From NCBI GenBank assembly GCA_000708835.1, contig DF237056.1:124001-188000 (forward strand): a stretch of DNA of 64,000 bases, given 5' to 3'. Numbering within the stretch: position 1 is the first letter of the stretch; the number at the start of each line of letters is the position of its first letter. The position numbers and the translations under genes are program-made. Positions 53,663 to 64,000 of this stretch are shown in pieces. The notes below the pieces were generated by a model that was given only the letters and a program-made list of their open reading frames with translations, made no database searches and had not been told where the DNA came from. Source of the DNA: Klebsormidium nitens (Eukaryota; Plantae; Klebsormidiophyceae).

Positions 53663-55253
53663 ATGTCGAGCGGACAGACAACTCAGCACGCGAAAGCAGC
53701 AGCGACTGAGGGGTTCCATCATGCTCACGAACAGGGGGAGAAGGCAGAGTCCGGGATGAAGGAGAAGATGCAGCACATGAAGGTAAGTTCTTTGGCAGAA
53801 CAGCTTGCAGTATCGCCTCTCATATTTCCCTCTTCATGACCTCCGATCAACTTTATCAATCCTTGTTCGTTGGTTAAATCAGTGCTTTTTGTTGACAATC
53901 TTCGATTATGGGTGCCAGTCTTTGAAATATTCAAGCTTCAGAACGTCAGATCGACCTATTGACATCCTGGTGCCCCCTGCCCCTCGAACTTCGTTGTTTT
54001 GCTGGCCTACATTGGCAATATGGAGAGGCAAAGATTTATAAGTGCTGGTACACAGAATCAAATGACGAGCTTGCAAGTGCAAGCTGCCAATGAGACGACT
54101 CTGAAACAACCAGAGAATGTACACTTGCCTTCTCCTGCAGCCTGTAATTCACCCTTCACTTTTACCAAACCGTTTTGGGTGGATGTTTGTATGATAGCAA
54201 ATCAGCGGAGCTCGTGCATTGCAGTGCAGATCTCATGGATTGTGCTCACCAGATTACCACTGTGTATTCTCCAGGAGGATGCCAAGGAGACCCTCAAGAA
54301 GATGACTCACCCTTTCAACAAGGAGAAGAAGGCAGGGGATGCCGCCCAGGCTGAGGCTCACAAGGAAATGGCGACAGAGGCAAGGCAGGAGAAGAATGCT
54401 ATGCACACTGAGAGAGGCCAGGCAGCTCGCCAGGTGTGTTCATCAAATCTTGAAAAGTGTGATGAGCTGCTAGCTTGCAGAGGAAAGACTACAGTGTTTT
54501 CCTGTGCAGTCTCTTCAGCTGGAATGGGCTGCAAATGAGTAGTCAGCAGATCTTCCTGTCAACTTAAGAGGACGGGTGTTGCAAGGCATGATCGGTTTAG
54601 TATGATAGTACCTCCCTAACAATGACCACTGGGAATGTTGATGTTGAGATTTGCTTTGTAGTTGGCACGTCTTGCAATACTTCCTCGAAATACCTTCGTC
54701 TTCGTATTGGGGGTTCGTTCCAATTCTGATGTCAGTATGACTCACAATACCCTGAACCCTGTGCAGGATGCTGAGGCCAGGTATGGTGGCAACCCCAACA
54801 GCACCGGCGCTTCACTGGGGCAAGGTAAGATACTCCTGACTTCTTTCTTCCGCAAAGGAGAAAGTTTCCCCACCAGTTCCCTTTCGGGTTTTATTTGATG
54901 ATCCGATGAAACTCCAAGTGAAGATAGTGTAACTTACTTGGATCGGAACTGTGAAAAGCCAGGTACCCTATCAATGCTTTCTTGTTCACGACCCCATCTC
55001 GTGAATCTAGTTCCATCGTCACTGGATCACTGCCCGCAGTATGGTACGATCCTGACATGATAGCATCTGGAAAATGGTCTGACATTTTCCATCTTTTGCA
55101 GACGCTGAGGCTGGGCGTGTTCATGGAGGAAGCACCGCGGAGAAAGTGATGGACAAGATCACGCCTGGAGAAGGTCTGACCGGTACTGGACCCAGGGGGG
55201 AGTACGGCAACACTGGCACTGGGATGGGTAGCAACTACGGACAGCAGTTGTAG
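53663..55253 (+). CDS. LEA-like hydrophilin, paralogue A (162 aa)
   Basis: Exons 53663-53782, 54275-54433, 54767-54824, 55102-55253 are in frame. GMKEKMQHMKEDAKETLKKMTHPFNKEKKAGDAAQAEAHKEMATEARQEK..., with a Gly-rich tail containing AEKVMDKITPG. No Trp or Cys; highly hydrophilic. Confidence 0.8.
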
Positions 55254-56636
55254 AGGCTTACGTACAACATTCTTTGGTTGATAGATAAACTAAATAATCG
55301 GTGCACGATATTATTGGTTTGTGACGGTGGTTCGTAGAGAAAAAGTTGATTCCGGAAGAAATAGACCTTAATCCTTGCTTATACAAAGGACAGCTGTAAT
55401 AGCTGTAACAATTGAAGTTTCGTCGGAATGGTATAATGATGATCCTTTGGATTTTTGTATCCTCAGTAGAGTGAATATTGCATACTAAACATTGTGGCGC
55501 CTCAAGGCAAAAGCATTTTGATTCGAATTGCTATTATGCTGAAGCGAATGAATCGTCTCTTCGATCACCTGATAAGAACTTCTTGAAAGCATATTGTGAT
55601 GTTACTACATGCTGCCCGTGCCCTGTCTGTGAGCTCTTGGTTGTCCATCAATGCGCACCCGAGCATCTGTAACATGTACTTCGAGCGGTGCAGAAAACGG
55701 ACGAAATTTGATGTCACCAGCGCTGCAACCGGGAAAGACAACTCTCCACCTCAAGTTGGCAAACTTTTAAAAGTAGGCCTGTCAGCCGTAAAGAGACCGT
55801 GAATCAGCTTACCAGTAGTGCAAATGATAACGAACTTCGCTTCTTGATCCTTCGCGTCGCTCGCCCATTTCTGCGTGGTGATTCCTGAAGTGCCGCCAGA
55901 ATTTGAGCAGAACATTTCAGTTCGTCGTCAAGGTCCGTTCACCAGATGATAGAATTGCATACAATTGGATGGATTCAATACATCGATGGACATCAATGTC
56001 GAAACTCAGCATTTCTGCATGGGCTCGGGTGCGCTAACTCTAGGCGTACGTAAAGGAGATGTGACCCCGCGGATGTGACCATGTCTCGATACAAAATTGT
56101 CGCCCTGATTCAGTCGTCACGACCCTGCTGCAGGTCATTACCTTCTACCTATCCCGTGAGGTGCATCGTACATCAGGTTCGTGGTTCTGAGTGTACCTTC
56201 TGCACCTGCGACACTATCATATGGAAATTCCAGGATCCAGATGAGTTCGATCGACTAGTCTGGACTCTGAAGAGTCATGCTCGAACGCGGGCGCCGCCGT
56301 CGCGCGCGCCTTGCCCGGCCGGCCGGCGCGCCTTCAGCATGCCTCCGCGTTCCGACACCTGGCAGATCTCGAAATCTGCAACCTGCTGCATGGTTTACGT
56401 ATCTACTTGAACAGCCGACATATGTACAGTATTAAAGGTACGGTAATCCAATGCCGCAGCCCGGCTTGACTGGTGTGATTATCATGCAAAGTTTGCCATT
56501 GCCCGACTGCCGGCTTTCTCATGATCTTCTTCTCAGACCTTCAATAAGTCAACTTCCTGGCTCCTTCAGAGCAGCCGCTGAGACTCGTACGAGATTGCCC
56601 ACACCGCTCTGAAAGAAACGTGGGGTGGAGTCCATC

Positions 56637-58531
56637 ATGGCTAGTGGAGGTGCCGTCCAGGAGAAGATGCAGCACATGAAGGTGGGTTTCTCGTAACCTT
56701 CTAAGGCAGCTTGATATTGCTTGATGTGATTGAAGCATGCAGCTCTTCTTGACTGCCAGGAACAGTTGAGAACGCAATAAGAATATCGTGAGCGGTTGTG
56801 AGCTGAGTGCAAATAGATCAAAAAGATTGTTTACAGTGGTTCGGTTTAGTGGTCCTTGCATGCACCGTTGGAAGGCGTACTCTAATCTGCTTCCCATGCA
56901 ATTATTATGGCAGCACTTATACGTACACCCACCCTAGTTCATCCTTGTTCGACATTTTGGCTCTGATGGTAGCAGTGGTTTTGAAAGAAGATTCTTCTAT
57001 GCCATGAGTAGGCAAGGATTTTGCCGAAATTCGAATTGCAGCACCAACATTACATATCGTTTGAGCAAGTAAGAGAATCTTAGACGGGAGGCGCCGCTTT
57101 TGTCGAGCTGGCAATCTTACTTGCAGCTAATGATTGAATCCTGAAGGCCCAACCCTGGTCGAAGACAGAAAATTCGAATGTTAGAACGGTAAGCAGCGCT
57201 GATTTGTGCAGGAGGGCGCCAAGGAAACGATGAAGAAAGCAACGCATCCATTCGACACCCACAAGAAGGCGGAAGATCATGGCCAGGCTGAGGCTGCCAA
57301 GGCTCAGGCTACCAATGCCCGGGAGGAAAGGAACATGCAGCGAGCAGAGGGGCAACATCAACCGAATCAGGTGCACTAAACAGACATGTTGATGGTGTGA
57401 ATCTGGCTTGCTCTCTTATTTTTGATTGACGCCGACAAGCGAGGGCAAAGGCAGACGTGTTGCCAGCTCAATTGTCACACATCTCGGGTTTCAGCACTTG
57501 CCAAAGCCTTTTGAACCAAAACACACTGGTTTTCCCAAACGGCCTTGTCGCCAGGAGTAGTCTGCGCTTCCAAGTCCTGAAATCCTCGTTCCAAAGACCT
57601 GGGAAGCGGGGAAGTCGCTTGTGCCCCTCGGAAAAGCTCGAAATTCTTTGCAATTCCGTTTTCGAGGTGGACCGCGGCGACAGAGCTTCTTCTTTTGAAA
57701 GATTTGTTCTTCTGCGCTCCTCCCCGCTCGATCTCGAAGATCCCCTGAGAAGCGGACGAAGATGACGTTATTGAGCTTTTCTGTCCGTACTTGGGTTTGC
57801 GAGAGTCGCCTTTTACGAGCTTTCGACTTCAGCGGAGCACCTCTGCAAAAGTACATCTCCCCTTGAGTCCATAAGCCGACATCGTTTAACGGAAACTCGG
57901 ACGGCTTTGACTGCAGGAAAGGAGTTTCGGGACTGGGGGGTCCAATCCTCCTACCGTAGCGGGGGAGAATACCAACACGTCTCAAGGTACGTAGTGTGGC
58001 TGAAAGCCTGTTCACCGATCTAGTTTTGCACCCCTCGATAGCCAGGGAGAATCGACATTGCGATTGAAATCTGGGGTTGATCAGTCGAACCACCAATCAC
58101 AAACCTTGCTTTGAGCACCTGAAGCCTGTCACGTGGTAGTGATCCGTTCAATCCTTGTTGAAAACGTCGCTTTCAGTCTCCAGATTTCGCTCTGTCACTT
58201 GAAAAGCTAGGAATCTGGGTCAATTCGCGCTGTTCTCGGTTGGATTGTAGAGGGATAGCCGTTCTTCACGCTTGGACACTCCCATTGGTGAAACGGGGTC
58301 TTTCTTCGTGCAGGCGACCCTTCTGCCCGGGACCCAGCAACCAGCCCGGAGATCGAGGCCGAGACGTACCAACCGAGCAGCCTCGATCAGCCGAGCGGAG
58401 GCGTGAAGGGGGCGGTAAAAAAGGCAGTCAATAAGCTAACCCCGGGGGACGGGATTGCGGGCCCGAACGCGGCGATGACGGAAGGGTCAGGGCCAAGTTC
58501 GGCGATGGGGTCCAATGGGAATGTAGCATGA
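56637..58531 (+). CDS. LEA-like hydrophilin, paralogue B (163 aa)
   Basis: Exons 56637-56681, 57212-57370, 57917-57986, 58314-58531. It shares QEKMQHMK|EGAKETMKKATHPF..KKA...QAEA with paralogue A, has the same intron phases and an identical 159-nt exon 2. The tail contains VKGAVKKAVNKLTPG. Confidence 0.8.
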
Positions 58532-59949
58532 GTAACGGTTTGGTCTTAAGTAGAACGCCTGAGCGGCCGAGAGCATTGGATCTAGATTCGAAGCTATACA
58601 TCGTTCACGATTGCAAACCTGAAGTCAACCTCCCTTTACAAAGTGTTAGTGGTAGATGCCGATCCTGAAGCTCGAGAGCAATATGATTAAATAGATGATT
58701 TCCAGGTATTGTCAATTGTCAGGAACGGGGATTCCAACTCGATGCCTCAGAAATAACCCCATTGTCGGATTCGCGAGGTATAAGCGCGAGAACGGTCGAA
58801 TCACTGCCGACTCATTCGATCAGATTCTAGCTTTTGTCTTGGACTCCCTAGCTAGCATTCATAGATTCCGACATTCCGGCCGATGCTCCTTTCTCACTGC
58901 TTGACGAATAAAAGGTTCTTTGAGTCTGCTTGTACTAGTGCAAGCAGCAAGCATCAAGTCATATTTACCGTATGCCATATGTTCCACTGAGATGAGTTTG
59001 AATGACTTGTCGCCTGCCAGGTGTCAATAAGTACTCCGCTCCAATTGGACTGCATTGGTCAGCCATTGGCGTCCATTTCTTCAAGGCGCACAACTCAGGA
59101 ATTTAAACCTTTCTGCATCGGCCGATCTTATTTCCTACGCTTCATGGCGAGTCTGTTTCGGAAAGTGCTTACACCCGGAATATGTTGATGACTTGCGCAT
59201 ATACGTCGAGCGGTGCAGCGGCACATACTGTACATTAAACTGCACTGAGTCATCAACACACTTTGACAAATTATATGGTCAAGACGTGTACGTATCAGTA
59301 AACATTCTGTGGGTCGAGCTCGTTTCGTGTATCGACCATCACGTCGGATAAGATCATGCCGCTTGGCCGTTGAAGCGAGTCTATTCGAGGTGTCTGTCTT
59401 CGAGAGGCAAACTTACACTTTGTGTCGCCTCTGTCTAAGAGCAAGAGTACCTTGATCTTCCAGCGCCTCTTCAAGCAAAGAGCAGCGGTTGCTTCGTTTG
59501 CCGGTGGTACTCAACGGCGCTTTGCAGTTGACGTTTAAGAAATAGTTCATAATCTAGATGAGGTCTCGCACATGAGACGTTCCAAAGGTCAAAAAAATTC
59601 CGCACATAAGCCGGCATGCAGAAAAAAGTTCGATGTTCCTGAGACCTCGAAGAGGATTTGTGCTTACGAAGTGAATGATCTCATTGCTCTCGAAGAGCGA
59701 GGAAAGGTTTCACTATCCCACCTCCAGTATGGTACAGACTACCGCTTCCTAGTGCGTTTATCTTGATCAGAGCCGTGCACCTACCTTTGCAGGAGCTAGA
59801 CTGTACGTTTCACCAGCAATAACTTCGAGACCTGCTGCTAATCATTACCTCTTACGATCGCTTCTCACTTGTGGGCTTTCTAAAGACCCGACCCGTGCTT
59901 AACCACCCGGAATCCTGCAGGGTTCTACCCATCGTACATGCCGTCACGA

Positions 59950-62900
59950 TTACCTGGCGCTTCTAGGATGTTGCGTCATTCCGCTACCTCCGGCCCGTTT
60001 GCCTTTGATCGTACCTTCGACCGTGTTCTTGGAACCCACCCGGTAACCCGTGCTGGTTATCCGGGGGTCGTACTCGCCGGGACCGGGGCCTTGATAAGCT
60101 GCACCAAAAGGTTGGGAAACTTGGGAACAGATTGCGCTGTATTCGGCGTGCGTGCCCAAAATTCAACGTTGGTTCTGCCGCTCCGTCTCTCTGACGGGAA
60201 AGTGGGCCGCTGGTATCATTGAGTCGCTAGGCAGCGTTTTTTGGAAAAAGGTACCTTTTAGAGGCCACCGTGACCACCTGATAGGACTTGCTATCCAAAA
60301 GTGTGGTGCCGCTACAGCCTCGCTTCTGCAGAGTTGCTGCCGGCTTAAGTGACCCTTCAGAAAGTGAAGTACGCTCCGCCACTCACTTAGCTTAGCTCGA
60401 AGAACCCACTCCTCAGCACAACGGTAACATGTCAAGATCGGATGTCTTCAACCCGAAAAGGGACTGCTTCGAGTTTTTCGTGCATACCTGGACTTAAGGG
60501 CACTCGAGACTTCAAAGTGAAGCCCGCTTTCCGCGAGGAGCTCTGGGGTGAATACGCCCCTGGCCCCGGTACCGCATGCCCGGCGCCTATTTTGATCGAG
60601 GGTCTTCCTCCTAAGCTGAAAGCCGGCCCGTCTCCTTTCTTTTGTGACCCGGTAACCGGGGGTGAATACGCCCCTGGCCCAGGCGCACGATCGACAGCTG
60701 CGAAAGGAAGAGGGATATTCTCAGTGTTGGCAGGTTTCGGAAGTATTTCGGATTGAAAACGAAAACATGGAACCCTTTTACTGAGCAAGGTGACGTCACG
60801 TTAAATCCTCTCATATTCGTCAAAAACATCGTTGTAGCAGTGGGCGGTTCGCGAGGCCACCAAAGGCCAGCGCGTTCGTGATAAGCAAAACACCACCTCT
60901 CACACTCTTCTCAAACGTTGAAATGAGAGGAGCTTTTAAGGTGAAGGGAACAAGATTCCAAGCAAAGAGGCAAAGACTATAAGCAGTATATCGGTCTGAG
61001 TGATAGAGTTCTCAAAGTTTGTAAGATAGAATCCTGCCCTTATGAGAAGAACGAGAGGGACACCCTGAGAGGGAGTCCCTGTCGAGCTCTTACCTGCGGT
61101 TTTCCGCGGCTTTCCCTTTATCGAGAACTTCGGACTTGTCGTGGAAGCGACCGGGTCATACGCCCCGGGCCCTGGCGGCGCGGCCAGCGCCGACCCAGAA
61201 GATTCTACCCGAGCACCAAAGCTGAAGCCGCCGTTTCCACTAGGACCGGCCGGGCTGTACGCCCCGGGACCCGGACCCTCAGCCGCTGAGAGAAAACAGT
61301 CAAGTTGAGCTCCCTTACTTAGGGACGTCCTAGTGGGGAATTAGCCATTAAAGCCGCGGATAAGGTTGTATCCGAAAAGGCTTCATGTATTGAACCGGGC
61401 TATAAGATGTTCGCTGCTTTCGAGAACGGATTCCACCCGGGCGCCGACGTTTCCAAGAGAACTGACCGGGCTGTAGGCCCCTGGTTCGGGACCCTCAGCC
61501 GCTGAGGGGAACAGAGTTGGCTCAGTAAGCAAAGCCATTTGATAGATTGTTTTAGCAATGTACCTAAGGAAGCGGGTGGGAACGTGGTCTCAGGAAATGC
61601 ATGCATTGATTGCGGCAGGAAGAAAGGCTGGCTGCTTCGGAAGGAACATTTTCACCGAGCACCAAAGCTGAAGCCACTGTTTGCACTGGGACCGGCCCGG
61701 CTGTAGGGCCCCGGGCCCGCAGCCGCTGATTAAATCAATTGGCTAGTCTCAAAGATCAGTTTTCAAACCTACGTCCTCAAGGTAGCTAAAGAACAAGGGG
61801 AAGCCGGAGGAAAAGGTGGTGAGTCGTTGAGTTTGGCTGTTTATTGCGCTCGTTTGCCACGAGAGTCAGACAGTAAAGTCCGGATCCAACAGTTCGGTCG
61901 CTGCACGACGCTTTCGCTGCCACGAGTTACGGATTCGCTCTCTGATTCATAGTCAACTATAAGGCACTCTATTGCAAGCTTCACTCCTTTCTGTACTCGT
62001 TTGCAGAATTCTCCCGCAGACTGTGGTAACGTGCAACGAACGCGGCGTCAGTGAGTTGCGGTGATGTGTCCTACCGGTGCTCGTTTTCGGGCGAGACTTC
62101 AGCGACACCCCAGGCGCGCTCGTCCGTGGCCGGGTCGCCACGTCGTAGTGGCCAGGACCCGGGGTGTCCGCCCCGGGCGCCAGCCTCCGTTCGCTCAGCC
62201 GCCCACTTATGCTGTAGCCCTTATTGCCCCGATAGCTGTCCGGGGAGTACGCACCGGGGCCGGGGTTTTCGTCGGGCCGTGCTGCACAGGACATTTTCGC
62301 CATTTGAGCCTGCCGGCTTTTTGACAAGGGGATACGTTCTCCTTTCTGTTATTCTGGTGTTCTCTTTAATGTGGTCTGTACGGCCACTCTTCAACGCAGC
62401 GCTGAGTATCCTTAACCTACCAAGCTTCCGGTCTGCTAGCTCTCTCAACCCACAGTTTACGGTGCGCGTGGTGACGGGATAGAGAGACCGCCGAAGAAAG
62501 CAAAGAAATCCGCAGTAATGGCAGCGGGGTTCGTCTTTCTCGTCTTTGATGAAACGCAAAGTCTAATCCTTCCGATACGCTTTGTATTCATTTATTCACA
62601 GGGAGACGGCGGGCTCACCATTCTAAGAGCTTGTCACTCATTGTCTAGGCTCACAGCAATCGAGCACGGGTCACAGTTTGGGGCAACCCTCACCTGTGCT
62701 TGGTCTCGTCCTACTAGTGATGCTAAACCCCTTTTTCGCACCCGGTAGCCTCGGCGAATACGCCCCCGGCCCGGGCATATCGTACGGTTTATCTTTCTGG
62801 GGGTGCCGGAACTGCAGCGAGAAGCCCCCCACGGAACGTATTTTGGGGTCGTATGCCCCCGGCCCTGGGACGCGCGCGCTCTGCGCGCGCACAGGTTGTC

Positions 62901-63627
62901 TCGACTTGATGGAGAAGGCCGGGCCGTTGGAAGGCGTCTGGGGGTCGTACTCTCCTGGGCCCGGGTTGGCGGAACCAGCTGCAAATACGGTTAAGGCTAA
63001 CTTCAAATAAGTATCCTGATGACAGCTACCTTTCTTTTGAGTCTCCGGTGAGTTGGAAGGCTTGACTCCCCGAAACTTTGCAGAATGTTGAGAGATAGTG
63101 TTGGCCTTGACAATGCTTTGGAATTAGTCCAATGCCCTATTTGAGAAAGGCTTCACAACGCAACAGAAAGAGAGTCGACTCTCTCTCTAAACGCACTCTT
63201 ACCGTTAGAATCGAAGACTACTGTTGTACCCGTCTGTATGCTTAAGAAAGTCGTTGGCTTTCAGACCAATCATATCAGGCCACCAAAACCTGGCCCTCTT
63301 AAAGATCAATTTACGACTCACGTGATCTCGGCTCTTCCCTTCCGTTCGTCGCCAGCGAGATCCCCCTCTGAGAAGCCAACGACCTGCTGACGTCATAAGC
63401 GGCAGGGCCCGGCCCGTCCGCTATTCCGTTTCCGTTCGGGTGCCTCGACGAGAGAGAAAAGGCGGGCCCGCGGAACGTGTTCCGGGGTGAATAAGCCCCG
63501 GGTCCCGGAATGTCTCCGGCCGTTTTGGGCCGGGTGCCGATTCTGCTCGAGAGAGAGAACCGGGGGCCCTGAGAGGAAGTGCTCGGGTCGTACTCGCCGG
63601 GGCCGGGGCTGTTGTCGGGGGGGCCAC
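59950..63627 (-). CDS. SHIPPO / sperm-tail PG-rich (ODF3/STPG-like) repeat protein; 5' end not resolved
   Basis: Exons 63627-63322, 62978-62694, 62281-62075, 61285-61094, 60697-60488, 60098-59950. They contain 13 PGP(G/A)(A/E/H)Y(S/D)(P/V) motifs, each usually followed by an F/Y-S-hydrophobic-x-x-R/K segment. All introns are phase 1. Confidence 0.88.
61383..61725 (-). pseudogene. Two degenerate tandem copies of a SHIPPO exon (pseudo-exons or alternative terminal exons)
   Basis: The acceptor plus CGGCTG(A/C)GGG... start recurs at 61725, 61501 and the intact exon at 61285 (spacing 224 and 216 nt). The copies carry in-frame 6- and 12-nt deletions and run into TGA at 61652-61654 and 61383-61385. 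Confidence 0.7.
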
Positions 63628-64000
63628 CTGGAGCGGAAAATAGCCCCCCTGTGAGGAAGTGCCGAATCTGCGTTGCCTTCTACTTTGACAGAAGTACTGG
63701 GGTGCTGGCGCTCATCTTCGAGGTGAAATACTTCGTCGAGACGTCGAACGCTAACGAAAGTATGAGTAGACTCTAGAAGGAAGAATGTAATTCTGGAAGA
63801 GTGTATGGTGATTGTTTGAAAGCCGCGGGGGCAACTCAACTTGACTTTGCGGAACGTCACGCGCTCGCTTTGTTTCATGCCAGTCTTGCAAAGTGCTTCC
63901 CACGTTGCCAGCCACAGTGCGCTCCCCTAACGGCGGAATGTTTACGATCAAAGTCCGTCTTTTCAGGGCAATAAAGAGGACCACTTAGACGCCTACAATC

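Noticed and set aside
63384-63715. ATG at 63715 in frame with the SHIPPO exon but separated by a TAG (read-through or tiny intron)
   Set aside because: A 35-nt intron would shift the frame. A strong phase-1 acceptor at 63628 explains the exon more simply, with the true start further upstream.

Overview
Intron-rich, gene-dense eukaryotic nuclear DNA. The compact spacing, GC-rich codons, land-plant-type orthologues and a flagellar-repeat gene suggest a streptophyte green alga such as Klebsormidium; this is inference. I reconstructed 12 spliced genes by hand from GT/GC-AG junctions and reading phase: MIRO (first exon only), mitochondrial uL15, H2A.Z, an articulin/alveolin-like V/E/K/T repeat protein, ICMT, peroxisomal GGAT, an 18-exon ~1,590-aa DnaJ-X/LEA-type fusion, a helicase C-terminal-domain-only protein, peroxisomal ACX1, two tandem LEA-like hydrophilins and a SHIPPO/PGP-repeat protein. 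There are also two MITEs (one with an exact 8-bp TSD), GC-palindrome islands at tail-to-head gene junctions and a 20-N gap. The most striking candidates are: (1) an HPD-less J/DnaJ-X protein fused in frame to ~1,250 aa of perilipin-, apolipoprotein- and LEA-like amphipathic repeats; (2) an epiplastin-like protein in an apparently green-lineage genome; (3) LEA paralogues with a dehydrin K-segment-like motif. No database searches were run.
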